A stretch of DNA of 64,000 nucleotides from Planctomycetota bacterium (GTDB taxonomy: Bacteria > Planctomycetota > UBA8108 > SXIK01): contig OZ244999.1 of assembly GCA_965223265.1 (NCBI GenBank), forward strand, positions 4,384,001 to 4,448,000. Direction: 5' to 3'. Of the stretch, positions 39,326 to 50,026 are shown in pieces (position 1 is the stretch's first letter; each line of letters opens with the position of its first letter). Below the pieces are notes generated by a model that saw only the letters and a program-made list of their open reading frames with translations, did not search any database and was not told the DNA's origin. Both the position numbers and the translations under genes were made by a program.

Positions 39326-42300
39326 TCAGTTGCTGAACGTGATGAAGTTATCACTCATCGACAGATGCTGCGCCGCAATCCAGGCAGCCGAGCGCGTCAC
39401 ACCTGAGATGCGCACTTCGTCGAGAAGGCCGAGGAAATATGCCGTAGAGCCTGCGACTCGGCCGATATTGAGCGGCTGAGGGTTGGCGACGAGCGGCGAC
39501 AGCGTCGAGTCTGCTGTCACGTCCACTCCATCGAGATAGACACGGCCCGTGCCGCCGTCGACTGACGTAGCAACGTAGTACCAAGTGTCCGATGAGAGGG
39601 TCAGGCCAGTGGCGCGAAGGTAGTTCGTTCCGCTGCCGAGCGACGTGACACGGCCTGAGCTCTGATGCACTTCAAGGTTGTAACCAAATGAATCGTTCCA
39701 GACGTTCTTCTTCGAGACGATCCGCGGCGGATGCCCGGACTGCCCCGCCGCCAAACTGAACCAAGCCTCGATCGACAGCTGACCGGTGACCTCCAAACTG
39801 GGGCTCGTGCCGGCGTCAATAAAGTCGTCGACGCCGTCGAAGGAGCGAGCTGCACCGATCTGACCTGCCCCGGCGGTGCTGCCGCTGTTGACGCCATCGT
39901 TAATGTTCGCCGTCGAGTCTTGCAGGTCGGAGTTGAGATGCCAGACGGCATTGTAGCCTGCCGTCCAAACGCCGGCGGCGTCCTGGCCATCCGGTGCAAC
40001 AGGATTATCATAGTAGAGCATGATGTAATCCACGCTCGAAACTGCGTCGATTTGGGGTACTCTCACCCATACGTAGGACGTCCCGGTTGGATCCCATGTG
40101 TCGATTTCGTGTGACAACACAGTGGTCCCGTCGTCATCGATGAAGCGAAGATCTTCACCAGCGGCCTGGATTGCGGCGTAGTCGAGCTTCGTCGCATCCA
40201 GCGTCACCAGAACCGGGAAGTCCACCAGGTTCTCCGCCTGCGCCGCGTTGTTGAACGTCAACTGACGGCGCTGACCCCACGACGCATCCCACCAGCCAAT
40301 GTTGCTCACCGTGATCGTCGTCGTCGCGCTGTCTGTGTCGCCGTCGTCGTCCGTCACCGTCAACGTCGCAAGGTACGTCCCCGCAGAGGCATACTCGTGC
40401 GTCGTCGTCACACCTGTGTCACCTTGAGTGTCGCCAAAGTCCCATGAGTACGACACAATCGTGCCGTCCGTGTCGCTCGAGCCAGAAGCGTCAAAGCTCA
40501 CCAAAAGCGGCTCCAGACCCGACTCCGGAGTCGCTGTGAACGACGCCGTCGGAGGATCGTTCGGCACAGGAAGAACCGTCAGCACAGCATCCGCGCTCGT
40601 CACGCTCCCAAAAGCGTTACTCACCTCGACGCTGTAAAATCCCCCGTCATCCGCGAGCGTCAACACCGGCGTCGTGTATGAGCTGCTGGTCGCACCGGCG
40701 ATCGGTACACTGTTCAAAAGCCACTGATACGACAGCGGCGCTGTTCCGCTCGCCACCACGTCGAACGTCGCGGTCTCCCCTTCGAAAACCGACTGACTCT
40801 GCGGGTCCTGCGTGATGCTCGGCGGCGACGGCGCCGCGTCCACCGTGATCGACACCGCGGCCGACGTCTCGCTCACACCACCGTCGTTCGTCGCCACGGC
40901 CGTCAGGCTGTGCGTCCCTACAGGAACACCATTCCAGACGTACTCGTACGGGGCCGTTGTGTCGCTGCCAAGAAGGCCACCATCGGCATAAAAGTCCACC
41001 TGGTCCACTGTGCCTTCAGGGTCCGAAGCCGTCGCTTCGATCGTCACATTCACTGGCTCAACGTACGACGTACCATCCGCCGGTGACGTGATGCTCACCG
41101 TCGGCGGTGGACGACCGCCGCCCTCCCCGACGCCGTACGTCAGCATCCCGTCGCTCATCGACTGGTGCTGCGCCGCAATCCACGCCGCCGAGCGCGTCAC
41201 GCTCGAGATCCGCACTTCGTCGAGAACCCCCAGAAAGTACGCCGTCGAGCCGGCCACCCGGCCGATGTTTAGTGGCTGGGGATTCGCCACCAGCGACGAC
41301 ATCGTCGAGTCCGTCGTCACGTCCACGCCATCGAGGTACACCTGGCCCGATGTGCCGCTCGCTGACGTCGCTACGTAGTGCCACGTGTCCGTGCCAAGCA
41401 CCACCCCGCTGGCGCGCAGCGAGTCCGAGCCGCTGCCCAGGGACGTGATGCGTCCTGAGCTCTGCTGCACCTCGAGGTTGTAACCGAACGGGTCGTTCCA
41501 GACGTTCTTCTTCGAAACGATCCGCGGCGGATGGCCTGATTGACCCGGCGCCAGGCGGATCCATGCCTCGATCGACAGCTGGCCTGTGATCTCAAGGCTG
41601 GCGCTCGTCCCCGCGTCGATGAAGTCGTCCACTCCATCAAACGTGCGGGCGCCGCCGATGCGTCCGGCGCCGGGCGCGGTGCCGTTGTCGACACCGTCGT
41701 TGGCGTTCGACGTCGAGTCCTGTGTGCCATCGAGGTGCCACACGCCTGCGTAACCGGCACTCCACACCCCCGCGGCGTCCTGGCCGTCAGGCGCCGAACC
41801 GTTGTCGTAGTAGAGCATCATGTAGTCAGTCGTCGAGCTCGCGTCGATCTGCGGCACCTTCACCCACACGTGCGACGTGCCCGCCGGGTCCCACGACTCG
41901 ATCTCGTGCGACAGCACCGTGAAGCTATCCGCGTCAATAAACCGCAGGTCTTCACCTTGCGCTTGCGTCAGCGAATAGTCGATCCGCGTCGCATCCAGCG
42001 TCACCAGCACCGGGAAGTCCACCAAGTTCTCCGCCTGCGCAGCGTTGTTGAACGTCAACTGACGGCGCTGACCCCACGACGCATCCCACCAGCCTATGTT
42101 GCTCACCGTGATCGTCGTCGTCGTGCTGTCTGTGTCGCCGTCGTCGTCCGTCACCGTCAACGTCGCAAGGTACGTCCCCGCAGAGGCATACTCGTGCGTC
42201 GTCGTCACACCTGTGTCACCTTGAGTGTCGCCAAAGTCCCATGAGTACGACACAATCGTGCCGTCCGTGTCGCTCGAGCCAGAAGCGTCAAAGCTCACCA

Positions 42301-45300
42301 AAAGCGGCTCCAGACCCGACTCCGGAGTCGCTGTGAACGACGCCGTCGGAGGATCGTTCGGCACAGGAAGAACCGTCAGCACAGCATCCGCGCTCGTCAC
42401 GCTCCCAAAAGCGTTACTCACCTCGACGCTGTAAAATCCCCCGTCATCCGCGAGCGTCAACACCGGCGTCGTGTATGAGCTGCTGGTCGCACCGCCGATC
42501 GGTACACTGTTCAATAGCCACTGATACGACAGCGGCGCTGTTCCGCTCGCCACCACGTCGAACGTCGCGGTCTCCCCTTCGAAAACCGACTGGCTCTGCG
42601 GGTCCTGCGTGATGCTCGGCGGCGACGGCGCCGCGTCCACCGTGATCGACACCGCAGCCGACGTCTCGCTCACACCGCCGTCGTTCGTCGCCACCGCCGT
42701 CAGGCTGTGTGTCCCTACAGGAACACCATTCCAGACGTACTCGTAAGGGCTCGTTGTGTCGCTGCCAAGAAGGCCACCATCGGCATAAAAGTCCACCTGG
42801 TCCACGGTGCCTTCAGGGTCTGAAGCCGTCGCTTCGATCGTCACATTCACTGGCTCAACGTACAAAGTCCCATCCGCCGGTGACGTGATGCTCACAGTCG
42901 GCGGTGGACGACCGCCGCCCTCCCCGACGCCGTACGTCAGCATCCCGTCGCTCATCGACTGGTGCTGCGCTGCAATCCACGCCGCCGAGCGCGTCACGCT
43001 CGAGATGCGCACTTCGTCGAGAACCCCGAGAAAATATGCCGTCGAGCCGGCCACCCGGCCGATATTGAGCGGCTGGGGATTCGCCACCAGCGACGACATC
43101 GTCGAGTCCGTCGTCACGTCCACGCCGTCGAGGTACACCTGGCCCGTTGTGCCGCTCGCTGACGTCGCTATGTAGTGCCACGTGTCCGTGCCAAGCACTA
43201 CACCGTCGGCGCGCAGCGAGTCCGAACCGCTGCCCAGAGACGTGATGCGGCTATTGCTCTGCTGCACCTCGAGGTTGTAACCAAACGGGTCATTCCAGAC
43301 GTTCTTCTTCGAGACGATCCGCGGTGGATGCCCGGACTGCCCAGGCGCAAGGCGGATCCAAGCCTCGATCGAAAGCTGGCCCGTGATCTCCAAACTCGCA
43401 CTTGTCCCCGCGTCGATGAAGTCGTCCACTCCATCAAACGAGCGGGCGCTGCCGATGCGTCCAGCGCTCGGCGCTGTGCCGTTGTCGACACCGTCGTTGG
43501 CGTTCGACGTCGAGTCCTGTGTGCCATCGAGGTGCCACACGCCTGCGTAACCGGCACTCCACACCCCCGCGGCGTCCTGGCCGTCAGGGGCCGAAGCGTT
43601 GTCGTAGTAGAGCATCATGTAGTCAGTCGTCGAGCTCGCGTCGATCTGCGGCACCTTCACCCACACGTGCGACGTGCCCGCCGGGTCCCACGACTCGATC
43701 TCGTGCGACAGTACTGTAAAACCGTCCGCATCGATGAACCGAATGTCTTCGCCTTGCGCTTGCGTCAGCGAATAGTCGATCCGCGTCGCATCCAGCGTCA
43801 CCAGCACCGGGAAGTCCACCAAGTTCTCCGCCTGCGCAGCGTTGTTGAACGTCAACTGACGGCGCTGACCCCACGACGCATCCCACCAGCCTATGTTGCT
43901 CACCGTGATCGTCGTCGTCGTGCTGTCTGTGTCGCCGTCGTCGTCCGTCACCGTCAGCGTCGCAAGGTACGTCCCCGCAGAGGCATACTCGTGCGTCGTC
44001 GTCACGCCTGTGTCACCTTGAGTGTCGCCAAAGTCCCATGAGTACGACACAATCGTGCCGTCCGTGTCGCTCGAGCCAGAGGCGTCAAAGCTCACCAAAA
44101 GCGGCTCCAGACCCGACTCCGGAGTCGCTGTGAACGACGCCGTCGGAGGATCGTTCGGCACCGGAAGAACCGTCAGCACAGCATCCGCGCTCGTCACGCT
44201 CCCAAAAGCGTTACTCACCTCGACGCTGTAAAATCCCCCGTCGTCCGCGAGCGTCAACACCGGCGTCGTGTATGAGCTGCTGGTCGCACCGCCGATCGGT
44301 ACACTGTTCAATAGCCACTGATACGACAGCGGCGCTGTTCCGCTCGCCACCACGTCGAACGTCGCGGTCTCCCCTTCGAAAACCGACTGGCTCTGCGGGT
44401 CCTGCGTGATGCTCGGCGGCGACGGCGCCGCGTCCACCGTGATCGACACCGCGGCCGACGTCTCGCTCACACCGCCGTCGTTCGTCGCCACCGCCGTCAG
44501 GCTGTGTGTCCCTACAGGAACACCATTCCAGACGTACTCGTAAGGGCTCGTTGTGTCGCTGCCAAGAAGGCCACCATCGGCATAAAAGTCCACCTGGTCC
44601 ACGGTGCCTTCAGGGTCTGAAGCCGTCGCTTCGATCGTCACATTCACTGGCTCAACGTACAAAGTCCCATCCGCCGGTGACGTGATGCTCACAGTCGGCG
44701 GTGGACGACCGCCGCCCTCCCCGACGCCGTACGTCAGCATCCCGTCGCTCATCGACTGGTGCTGCGCTGCAATCCACGCCGCCGAGCGCGTCACGCTCGA
44801 GATGCGCACTTCGTCGAGAACCCCGAGAAAATATGCCGTCGAGCCGGCCACCCGGCCGATATTGAGCGGCTGGGGATTCGCCACCAGCGACGACATCGTC
44901 GAGTCCGTCGTCACGTCCACGCCGTCGAGGTACACCTGGCCCGTTGTGCCGCTCGCTGACGTCGCTATGTAGTGCCACGTGTCCGTGCCAAGCACTACAC
45001 CGTCGGCGCGCAGCGAGTCCGAACCGCTGCCCAGAGACGTGATGCGGCTATTGCTCTGCTGCACCTCGAGGTTGTAACCAAACGGGTCATTCCAGACGTT
45101 CTTCTTCGAGACGATCCGCGGTGGATGCCCGGACTGCCCAGGCGCAAGGCGGATCCAAGCCTCGATCGAAAGCTGGCCCGTGATCTCCAAACTCGCACTT
45201 GTCCCCGCGTCGATGAAGTCGTCCACTCCATCAAACGAGCGGGCGCTGCCGATGCGTCCAGCGCTCGGCGCTGTGCCGTTGTCGACACCGTCGTTAGCGT

Positions 45301-48300
45301 TCGACGTCGAGTCCTGAAAGTCGTCAAGGTGCCACACGCCTGCGTAACCGGCACTCCACACCCCCGCTGCGTCCTGGCCGTCAGGTGCCGAAGCGTTGTC
45401 GTAGTAGAGCATCATGTGGTCAGTCGTCGAACCCGCGTCGATCTGCGGCACCTTCACCCACACGTGCGACGTGCCCGCCGGGTCCCACGACTCGATCTCG
45501 TGCGACAGCACTGTAAAACCGTCCGCATCGATGAACCGCAGATCCTCACCTTGCGCTTGCGTCAGCGAATAGTCGATCCGCGTCGCATCCAGCGTCACCA
45601 GTACCGGGAAGTTCACCAGGTTCTCCGCCTGCGCCGCGTTGTTGAACGTCAAGCGATGCCGGCGTGACCAGCTGAGATCCCACCACGATCCGTTGACCGT
45701 GATGGTGTCGCTGATGGAGTCGGTGAATCCGTCGTTGTCAGTGACCGTCAGCGTGGCGGTGAAATCACCCACGGACGTGTACTCGTGAGAGGTCGTGACA
45801 CCGGTGTCGACGCCGCCGTCGCCGAAGGTCCAATCGTAGCTCACGATGGTGCCGTCGGTGTCAAAGGACCCTGACGCGTCGAACTGCACGGTGAGCGGGA
45901 TCTCCCCCGAGGTTGGGGTGGCGGTGAACGCCGCCGTCGGGGGTTGACCGGAACCACTCACGACGCTGACCATGACGGAGTCGACATCGACATGCCCCAG
46001 GTCGTTGATCACTTCAAGGAGTATCTCGTGATCGCCGACAGCGAGAGAGACCTGCGGCGACACGCCCGTCGCCAGCACAGTGCTGTCCGGCAGCAGCCAT
46101 GTATAAGAGGAGATGACCGCACCTGGGTCGTTGCTCGCGGACGCATCGAGAGTCACCAACTCGAACCCGTCCTCATCCGTATCCGTCACCATCTGATCGG
46201 CACCCGCGTCCGCAACGAGCGTTGAGCCGCAGTCGGGCAACACGCGGACATGCGTCGTGGTCGAGAGCCCTGCAGCATCTGAGACGGTGAGAAAGATGCG
46301 ATAGAAGTAAATGTTGCCGTCGCATCCGGCGGGCGAAATGACCGTGCTAGTGCTGCAGTTCGGGTCAACGGGATCGCGGTGATCGTGGTCGTTGTGGATA
46401 AGGAAAGTTTGCCACGCACAGGTCAGTTCGCCTTGGCTGTGCTCCGCGTCCGAAATCGTCGCCGTCAAACTGAACGGGGTGTCACCGGCCATGGAATAGA
46501 GAGTGCCGTCGACTGGACTATCAATCGTGACACTGGGCGGCGTGTTGTTGAGCGAAATCACGACGGTCGCTGTATCGGTTGCACCCCCCGAATCGGTCAC
46601 GGTCAAAACGACATCGAACTGGGTCGGCACCCCAGGCGATGCGGTGAACTGATGGGACGGGTCTGCCTGGGTGCTGATCGGGCTGCCGTCGCCGAAATCC
46701 CACTCGTAGGTCACAGCACCTTCGGGATCAGACGAGTTGCTGCCGGTGAACTGGACCGTCAAAGGTGTGGGGCCGTAGAAAACGTCTGCTGAGGCAACTG
46801 CGGTCGGGTTTTGATTACCGCCGGGTGCGTACGCCACCTCGAAGATCTGGTCAGTATTCCAATCGACGTAGTAGAGCCCGCCGGTCTGGGGATGCGTCGC
46901 GATGTAGACGATCGAACGGGCAGCGCTCGAGTCGAGAAAATCCCTGACTTCTACCGGCTGATCGCTGCCGTCGAAGACGAAGTTACGGATCCACCTGCCA
47001 GAGTAGTCGGCGTGGAAGTAAGTGTCTTTGTACTGCGCTGGGAAATCGTCGGCCGTGTACCACACACCGCCGATCGCCGAATTGCCGCCGAACTGCGGCC
47101 CGGCCACGGGCGAGCCGGCTGCACCGATGTTGATGACGTCGGCGTCGAGTCCATCGTAGATCCCGGTCCGTGATGGGCCGCTCCCATGACGCCAGTCAAT
47201 GGCGGGACGCGTATGGAGAAAAACCTCGACGCTGCCTGGAATGGCCTGCGCTGGATCACAGGGGTTGGGAAAGAACGGGTTAGGATCTAACGTGTCCTGC
47301 TGAATGAGGTCGTTGAAATAGAAAAACTCTTGCGTACAGCCACCGACACCGAAAAGCGGATTGGGAGCATCTTCGTTCGGGACGTCACGCGAAAAGTAGC
47401 CGCTATGGACCGTCAACCCCTCAAACGCCGGCCAGCCAAAATTCTGTCCCGGAGCAGTGGCAACGTGAAGATCTTCCCAGATCTGCCAGCCGACATCGCC
47501 GATGTAGATCGAACCTGGGTTTCCATCTGATGGGGTGTGAGATCCTGAATTCGGCCGCAGCGCAATGCGACAAGGATTTCTCAGCCCAAGCGACCAGACC
47601 CGGGAACGCGCCGAGCGCGGCGCCGCGGCCTCCCAAAATGGATTGCTCGGCAACCCGTCACCAGTGTCTGGATCGAGACGGACGATCTTGCCGCTGAGCG
47701 AACTCAGCATCTGCGACCGATACGCGCCCACGTTCTCGTCTGGGCGGATGATCCCGTCCGCTAACCCGTCGACGTAGTAAGTCTCGGAAGCACTGCCTGT
47801 ATCGGTCGACGAGTAGCTGGCACCGTCGCCGCACGAAGCGATCAGCGTGCCATCGGTTCCAAAGATCAGTCCACCAACGCCGTGAGATTGGTGCAGAATC
47901 GGAAAACCGGTGCTCGCTGTCTCCCCGAGAAGGACCAAGCGGCTGTTCGGATCGATCGCCGTCGCATGCCCGAAATCGTCATCGCCAGGGGGTTTGATCG
48001 CAGTGTAACGGGTGATTCGCCCAATCGTCGCGGCGAAATACTCGTTTTGCGCCGGGTTGTAGCTCGGCGTACCAGCGTGCAGCAGATGATGCCGATCGAC
48101 GACGTAGAGCAGGTAGACATGACCGTTGAGGTGATAGTTGGGGTGGAGGGCGAAACCGAGGAGACCGTAGTCACGCCAACCTCCGACCTCGTCGTTGATG
48201 TCGATGAATGGAGTCGCCAATTTGACTCCGTTCTCAACGATCCAGACGCGTCCGCCGCGCTCCCAGACAAAGACTCGATTCTCGTGATCCTGCGGGTCGA

Positions 48301-48433
48301 ACGTCAGCCCTATGACCTCGTTCCACCCACTGCCGACGGTGGTCTCGACGAAGTCAGGAGGAAGCGCCCACAAAGAGACCGGAAGACAGAAAGCCAGCGC
48401 TAGATGGATCCCTACGTTCGCTCGTCTTGGCAT
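39326..48433 (-). CDS. giant secreted PQQ glucose/sorbosone dehydrogenase-like protein with PKD, DUF2341, LamG and Ig repeats (3035 aa)
   Basis: Signal peptide; GSDH motifs (GLLGFALHP, SHGVGGL.FG.DG.L, GLRNP, GDVG, NFGWP); PKD WDFGD; DLRF..HEIE..WVKVP DUF2341; LDEVRIS LamG. Confidence 0.9.
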   Translation of the reverse strand: MPRRANVGIHLALAFCLPVSLWALPPDFVETTVGSGWNEVIGLTFDPQDHENRVFVWERGGRVWIVENGVKLATPFIDINDEVGGWRDYGLLGFALHPNYHLNGHVYLLYVVDRHHLLHAGTPSYNPAQNEYFAATIGRITRYTAIKPPGDDDFGHATAIDPNSRLVLLGETASTGFPILHQSHGVGGLIFGTDGTLIASCGDGASYSSTDTGSASETYYVDGLADGIIRPDENVGAYRSQMLSSLSGKIVRLDPDTGDGLPSNPFWEAAAPRSARSRVWSLGLRNPCRIALRPNSGSHTPSDGNPGSIYIGDVGWQIWEDLHVATAPGQNFGWPAFEGLTVHSGYFSRDVPNEDAPNPLFGVGGCTQEFFYFNDLIQQDTLDPNPFFPNPCDPAQAIPGSVEVFLHTRPAIDWRHGSGPSRTGIYDGLDADVINIGAAGSPVAGPQFGGNSAIGGVWYTADDFPAQYKDTYFHADYSGRWIRNFVFDGSDQPVEVRDFLDSSAARSIVYIATHPQTGGLYYVDWNTDQIFEVAYAPGGNQNPTAVASADVFYGPTPLTVQFTGSNSSDPEGAVTYEWDFGDGSPISTQADPSHQFTASPGVPTQFDVVLTVTDSGGATDTATVVISLNNTPPSVTIDSPVDGTLYSMAGDTPFSLTATISDAEHSQGELTCAWQTFLIHNDHDHRDPVDPNCSTSTVISPAGCDGNIYFYRIFLTVSDAAGLSTTTHVRVLPDCGSTLVADAGADQMVTDTDEDGFELVTLDASASNDPGAVISSYTWLLPDSTVLATGVSPQVSLAVGDHEILLEVINDLGHVDVDSVMVSVVSGSGQPPTAAFTATPTSGEIPLTVQFDASGSFDTDGTIVSYDWTFGDGGVDTGVTTSHEYTSVGDFTATLTVTDNDGFTDSISDTITVNGSWWDLSWSRRHRLTFNNAAQAENLVNFPVLVTLDATRIDYSLTQAQGEDLRFIDADGFTVLSHEIESWDPAGTSHVWVKVPQIDAGSTTDHMMLYYDNASAPDGQDAAGVWSAGYAGVWHLDDFQDSTSNANDGVDNGTAPSAGRIGSARSFDGVDDFIDAGTSASLEITGQLSIEAWIRLAPGQSGHPPRIVSKKNVWNDPFGYNLEVQQSNSRITSLGSGSDSLRADGVVLGTDTWHYIATSASGTTGQVYLDGVDVTTDSTMSSLVANPQPLNIGRVAGSTAYFLGVLDEVRISSVTRSAAWIAAQHQSMSDGMLTYGVGEGGGRPPPTVSITSPADGTLYVEPVNVTIEATASDPEGTVDQVDFYADGGLLGSDTTSPYEYVWNGVPVGTHSLTAVATNDGGVSETSAAVSITVDAAPSPPSITQDPQSQSVFEGETATFDVVASGTAPLSYQWLLNSVPIGGATSSSYTTPVLTLADDGGFYSVEVSNAFGSVTSADAVLTVLPVPNDPPTASFTATPESGLEPLLVSFDASGSSDTDGTIVSYSWDFGDTQGDTGVTTTHEYASAGTYLATLTVTDDDGDTDSTTTTITVSNIGWWDASWGQRRQLTFNNAAQAENLVDFPVLVTLDATRIDYSLTQAQGEDIRFIDADGFTVLSHEIESWDPAGTSHVWVKVPQIDASSTTDYMMLYYDNASAPDGQDAAGVWSAGYAGVWHLDGTQDSTSNANDGVDNGTAPSAGRIGSARSFDGVDDFIDAGTSASLEITGQLSIEAWIRLAPGQSGHPPRIVSKKNVWNDPFGYNLEVQQSNSRITSLGSGSDSLRADGVVLGTDTWHYIATSASGTTGQVYLDGVDVTTDSTMSSLVANPQPLNIGRVAGSTAYFLGVLDEVRISSVTRSAAWIAAQHQSMSDGMLTYGVGEGGGRPPPTVSITSPADGTLYVEPVNVTIEATASDPEGTVDQVDFYADGGLLGSDTTSPYEYVWNGVPVGTHSLTAVATNDGGVSETSAAVSITVDAAPSPPSITQDPQSQSVFEGETATFDVVASGTAPLSYQWLLNSVPIGGATSSSYTTPVLTLADDGGFYSVEVSNAFGSVTSADAVLTVLPVPNDPPTASFTATPESGLEPLLVSFDASGSSDTDGTIVSYSWDFGDTQGDTGVTTTHEYASAGTYLATLTVTDDDGDTDSTTTTITVSNIGWWDASWGQRRQLTFNNAAQAENLVDFPVLVTLDATRIDYSLTQAQGEDLRFIDADSFTVLSHEIESWDPAGTSHVWVKVPQIDASSTTDYMMLYYDNGSAPDGQDAAGVWSAGYAGVWHLDGTQDSTSNANDGVDNGTAPGAGRIGGARTFDGVDDFIDAGTSASLEITGQLSIEAWIRLAPGQSGHPPRIVSKKNVWNDPFGYNLEVQQSSGRITSLGSGSDSLRASGVVLGTDTWHYVATSASGTSGQVYLDGVDVTTDSTMSSLVANPQPLNIGRVAGSTAYFLGVLDEVRISSVTRSAAWIAAQHQSMSDGMLTYGVGEGGGRPPPTVSITSPADGTSYVEPVNVTIEATASDPEGTVDQVDFYADGGLLGSDTTAPYEYVWNGVPVGTHSLTAVATNDGGVSETSAAVSITVDAAPSPPSITQDPQSQSVFEGETATFDVVASGTAPLSYQWLLNSVPIAGATSSSYTTPVLTLADDGGFYSVEVSNAFGSVTSADAVLTVLPVPNDPPTASFTATPESGLEPLLVSFDASGSSDTDGTIVSYSWDFGDTQGDTGVTTTHEYASAGTYLATLTVTDDDGDTDSATTTITVSNIGWWDASWGQRRQLTFNNAAQAENLVDFPVLVTLDATKLDYAAIQAAGEDLRFIDDDGTTVLSHEIDTWDPTGTSYVWVRVPQIDAVSSVDYIMLYYDNPVAPDGQDAAGVWTAGYNAVWHLNSDLQDSTANINDGVNSGSTAGAGQIGAARSFDGVDDFIDAGTSPSLEVTGQLSIEAWFSLAAGQSGHPPRIVSKKNVWNDSFGYNLEVHQSSGRVTSLGSGTNYLRATGLTLSSDTWYYVATSVDGGTGRVYLDGVDVTADSTLSPLVANPQPLNIGRVAGSTAYFLGLLDEVRISGVTRSAAWIAAQHLSMSDNFITFSN
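39350..45920. repeat. intragenic 1797-bp tandem repeat, about 3.6 copies
   Basis: Identical shadow ORFs at 40428/42225/44022 and near-identical ones at 41010/42807/44604; near-identical DNA ~40190-45650. Confidence 0.95.
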
Positions 48434-48750
48434 GCGCTTTCCCTACGTTGACAAAAAGCAAGCGGAAAACTGGAGCGCGGCCGTATTTAAGGCATAAAAC
48501 TAGCCCAGTTGCCCTGATCTCCGCCGTTCGATTGAAGCACCCGCTAGATTGTTCCTAGAGATTGTTCTAGTCGAGTGTCGCCCACCCGCCGGCCGAATGC
48601 AAGCTTAACATTATCGGGCTACCCCAACGGCCAGAGCACGCGAGGCACTCCCCCCAAACAACGGCCAGAACGGTCTTGATCGCACCGTTTTCGGATGCGC
48701 GCAATCGCCGGCGCATCACGCCGCGCTCCACCGGCACCCGCGGCGCACCT

Positions 48751-50013
48751 TCAGTTGACGCCGTCTCCGAGACGCCAGAGCGCCAAGCCGCTCCACAGCT
48801 TTGGGTAAAAGTAGGTCGTTTTGTGCGGGAAGACCTCGTGCCCCTCGACGACGCCCCGAAACTCGTCGCGACCTACAGGCTGCATGCGAAAAAGGACGTC
48901 GCCGTCGCCACGCTCGAGCGCCACCCTCTCGCCAGTCCCCTCCTTGAAGTACGTCACGCCCGCAGGTGCTACGCAGCTGCTCAGCCAATCGCCGAGCACG
49001 ACGTCTTGGAGCAAACCGTAACTGGTCGCGGCGACACCTTGGCGGGCACTCCGGAGAGCCGAGGGAAATCGCACCGGATACCCATCGCTGGCAGTCTCAA
49101 TGACCATGTCCCAAGCCTCAGCGGCGGCGACTTGTTCCATCTTCGGGAGGACGCGCTCCAGGGCCTCTGCCGCAGACATGCCCTGCAGCTTCACCATACG
49201 ATGTGTCGCCAGGATCGACAGCCCATCGCTGAACAGATTCGCAAACGTCATGAGCTGCCAGTTCGCGGCGGCGTCCCCGTGCGCGAGCTCGTCGCGGTAA
49301 CGCAGCCCCATGGTGTAGCGGTGATGTCCGTCGGCGATGATCGGATTCTGTGCAGCGAATAGCGTGGTTAATTGCGCCACATCGGCGTCTGCCCCGATGC
49401 GAAAGAGCGCGTGACGCTCACCCGGCTTGGCCTCCACTTCGACGACGGGCTCACCCGCAGCATTCGCCTCGAGAATCGCATCGATGTGCCGTTCAGGATC
49501 CGAGTAGAGGAGAAAGATCGACTCGAGATGGGTTCGCGTCGCATGCAAAAGCTGGAGCCGGTCGTCCACGACCTTGGGGAACGTCTGCTCGTGCGGCAAA
49601 ACCACGCCGTCGGCGAAAGGATGCAGCCTTCCAAGCGCGAGGAGCCCGTGGAAACGCCGCGCCGCGCCGCGCCCGGAAGCCTCTTCTACAGGCACGTGGT
49701 AGTCGACGGTGTAGACGTAAAATCCGGGTGTCTCGTCCTGGCGCAAAACCCCTTTCCCCAGCCACCTCTCCAACTCGCGCGACCGTGATGCATAGTCCAC
49801 CGCCCCTGCCGCACTGTCGGCATCAGAAGCAGCGCCTAAGGTCAATCGCGTCACGTTGTAAGGTGAGCGCTCGAGCAGCTCGGCGTGCTGCGAGGGCGAG
49901 ATCACGTCGTACGGAGGCGCCGTAACGGCCTCCGCTACAGCACGCTCGGGTGGTTCAATCGACCTGAGAACTCCGACGTCGTAGCGGAGAGCACGGAGAG
50001 GAGATATGTCCAT
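48751..50013 (-). CDS. DUF1015 family protein
   Basis: P.RALRY, APPYDVIS, PHEQT, IADGHHRY, P.K.TYFYPKL.SGL; start ATG 50013. Confidence 0.85.
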   Translation of the reverse strand: MDISPLRALRYDVGVLRSIEPPERAVAEAVTAPPYDVISPSQHAELLERSPYNVTRLTLGAASDADSAAGAVDYASRSRELERWLGKGVLRQDETPGFYVYTVDYHVPVEEASGRGAARRFHGLLALGRLHPFADGVVLPHEQTFPKVVDDRLQLLHATRTHLESIFLLYSDPERHIDAILEANAAGEPVVEVEAKPGERHALFRIGADADVAQLTTLFAAQNPIIADGHHRYTMGLRYRDELAHGDAAANWQLMTFANLFSDGLSILATHRMVKLQGMSAAEALERVLPKMEQVAAAEAWDMVIETASDGYPVRFPSALRSARQGVAATSYGLLQDVVLGDWLSSCVAPAGVTYFKEGTGERVALERGDGDVLFRMQPVGRDEFRGVVEGHEVFPHKTTYFYPKLWSGLALWRLGDGVN

Positions 50014-50026
50014 GTGGGCGTTGGCT

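Noticed and set aside
39350-45920. Repeats as CRISPR array or multi-copy IS
   Set aside because: In-frame 1797-bp protein-domain repeats with no spacers, terminal IRs or transposase
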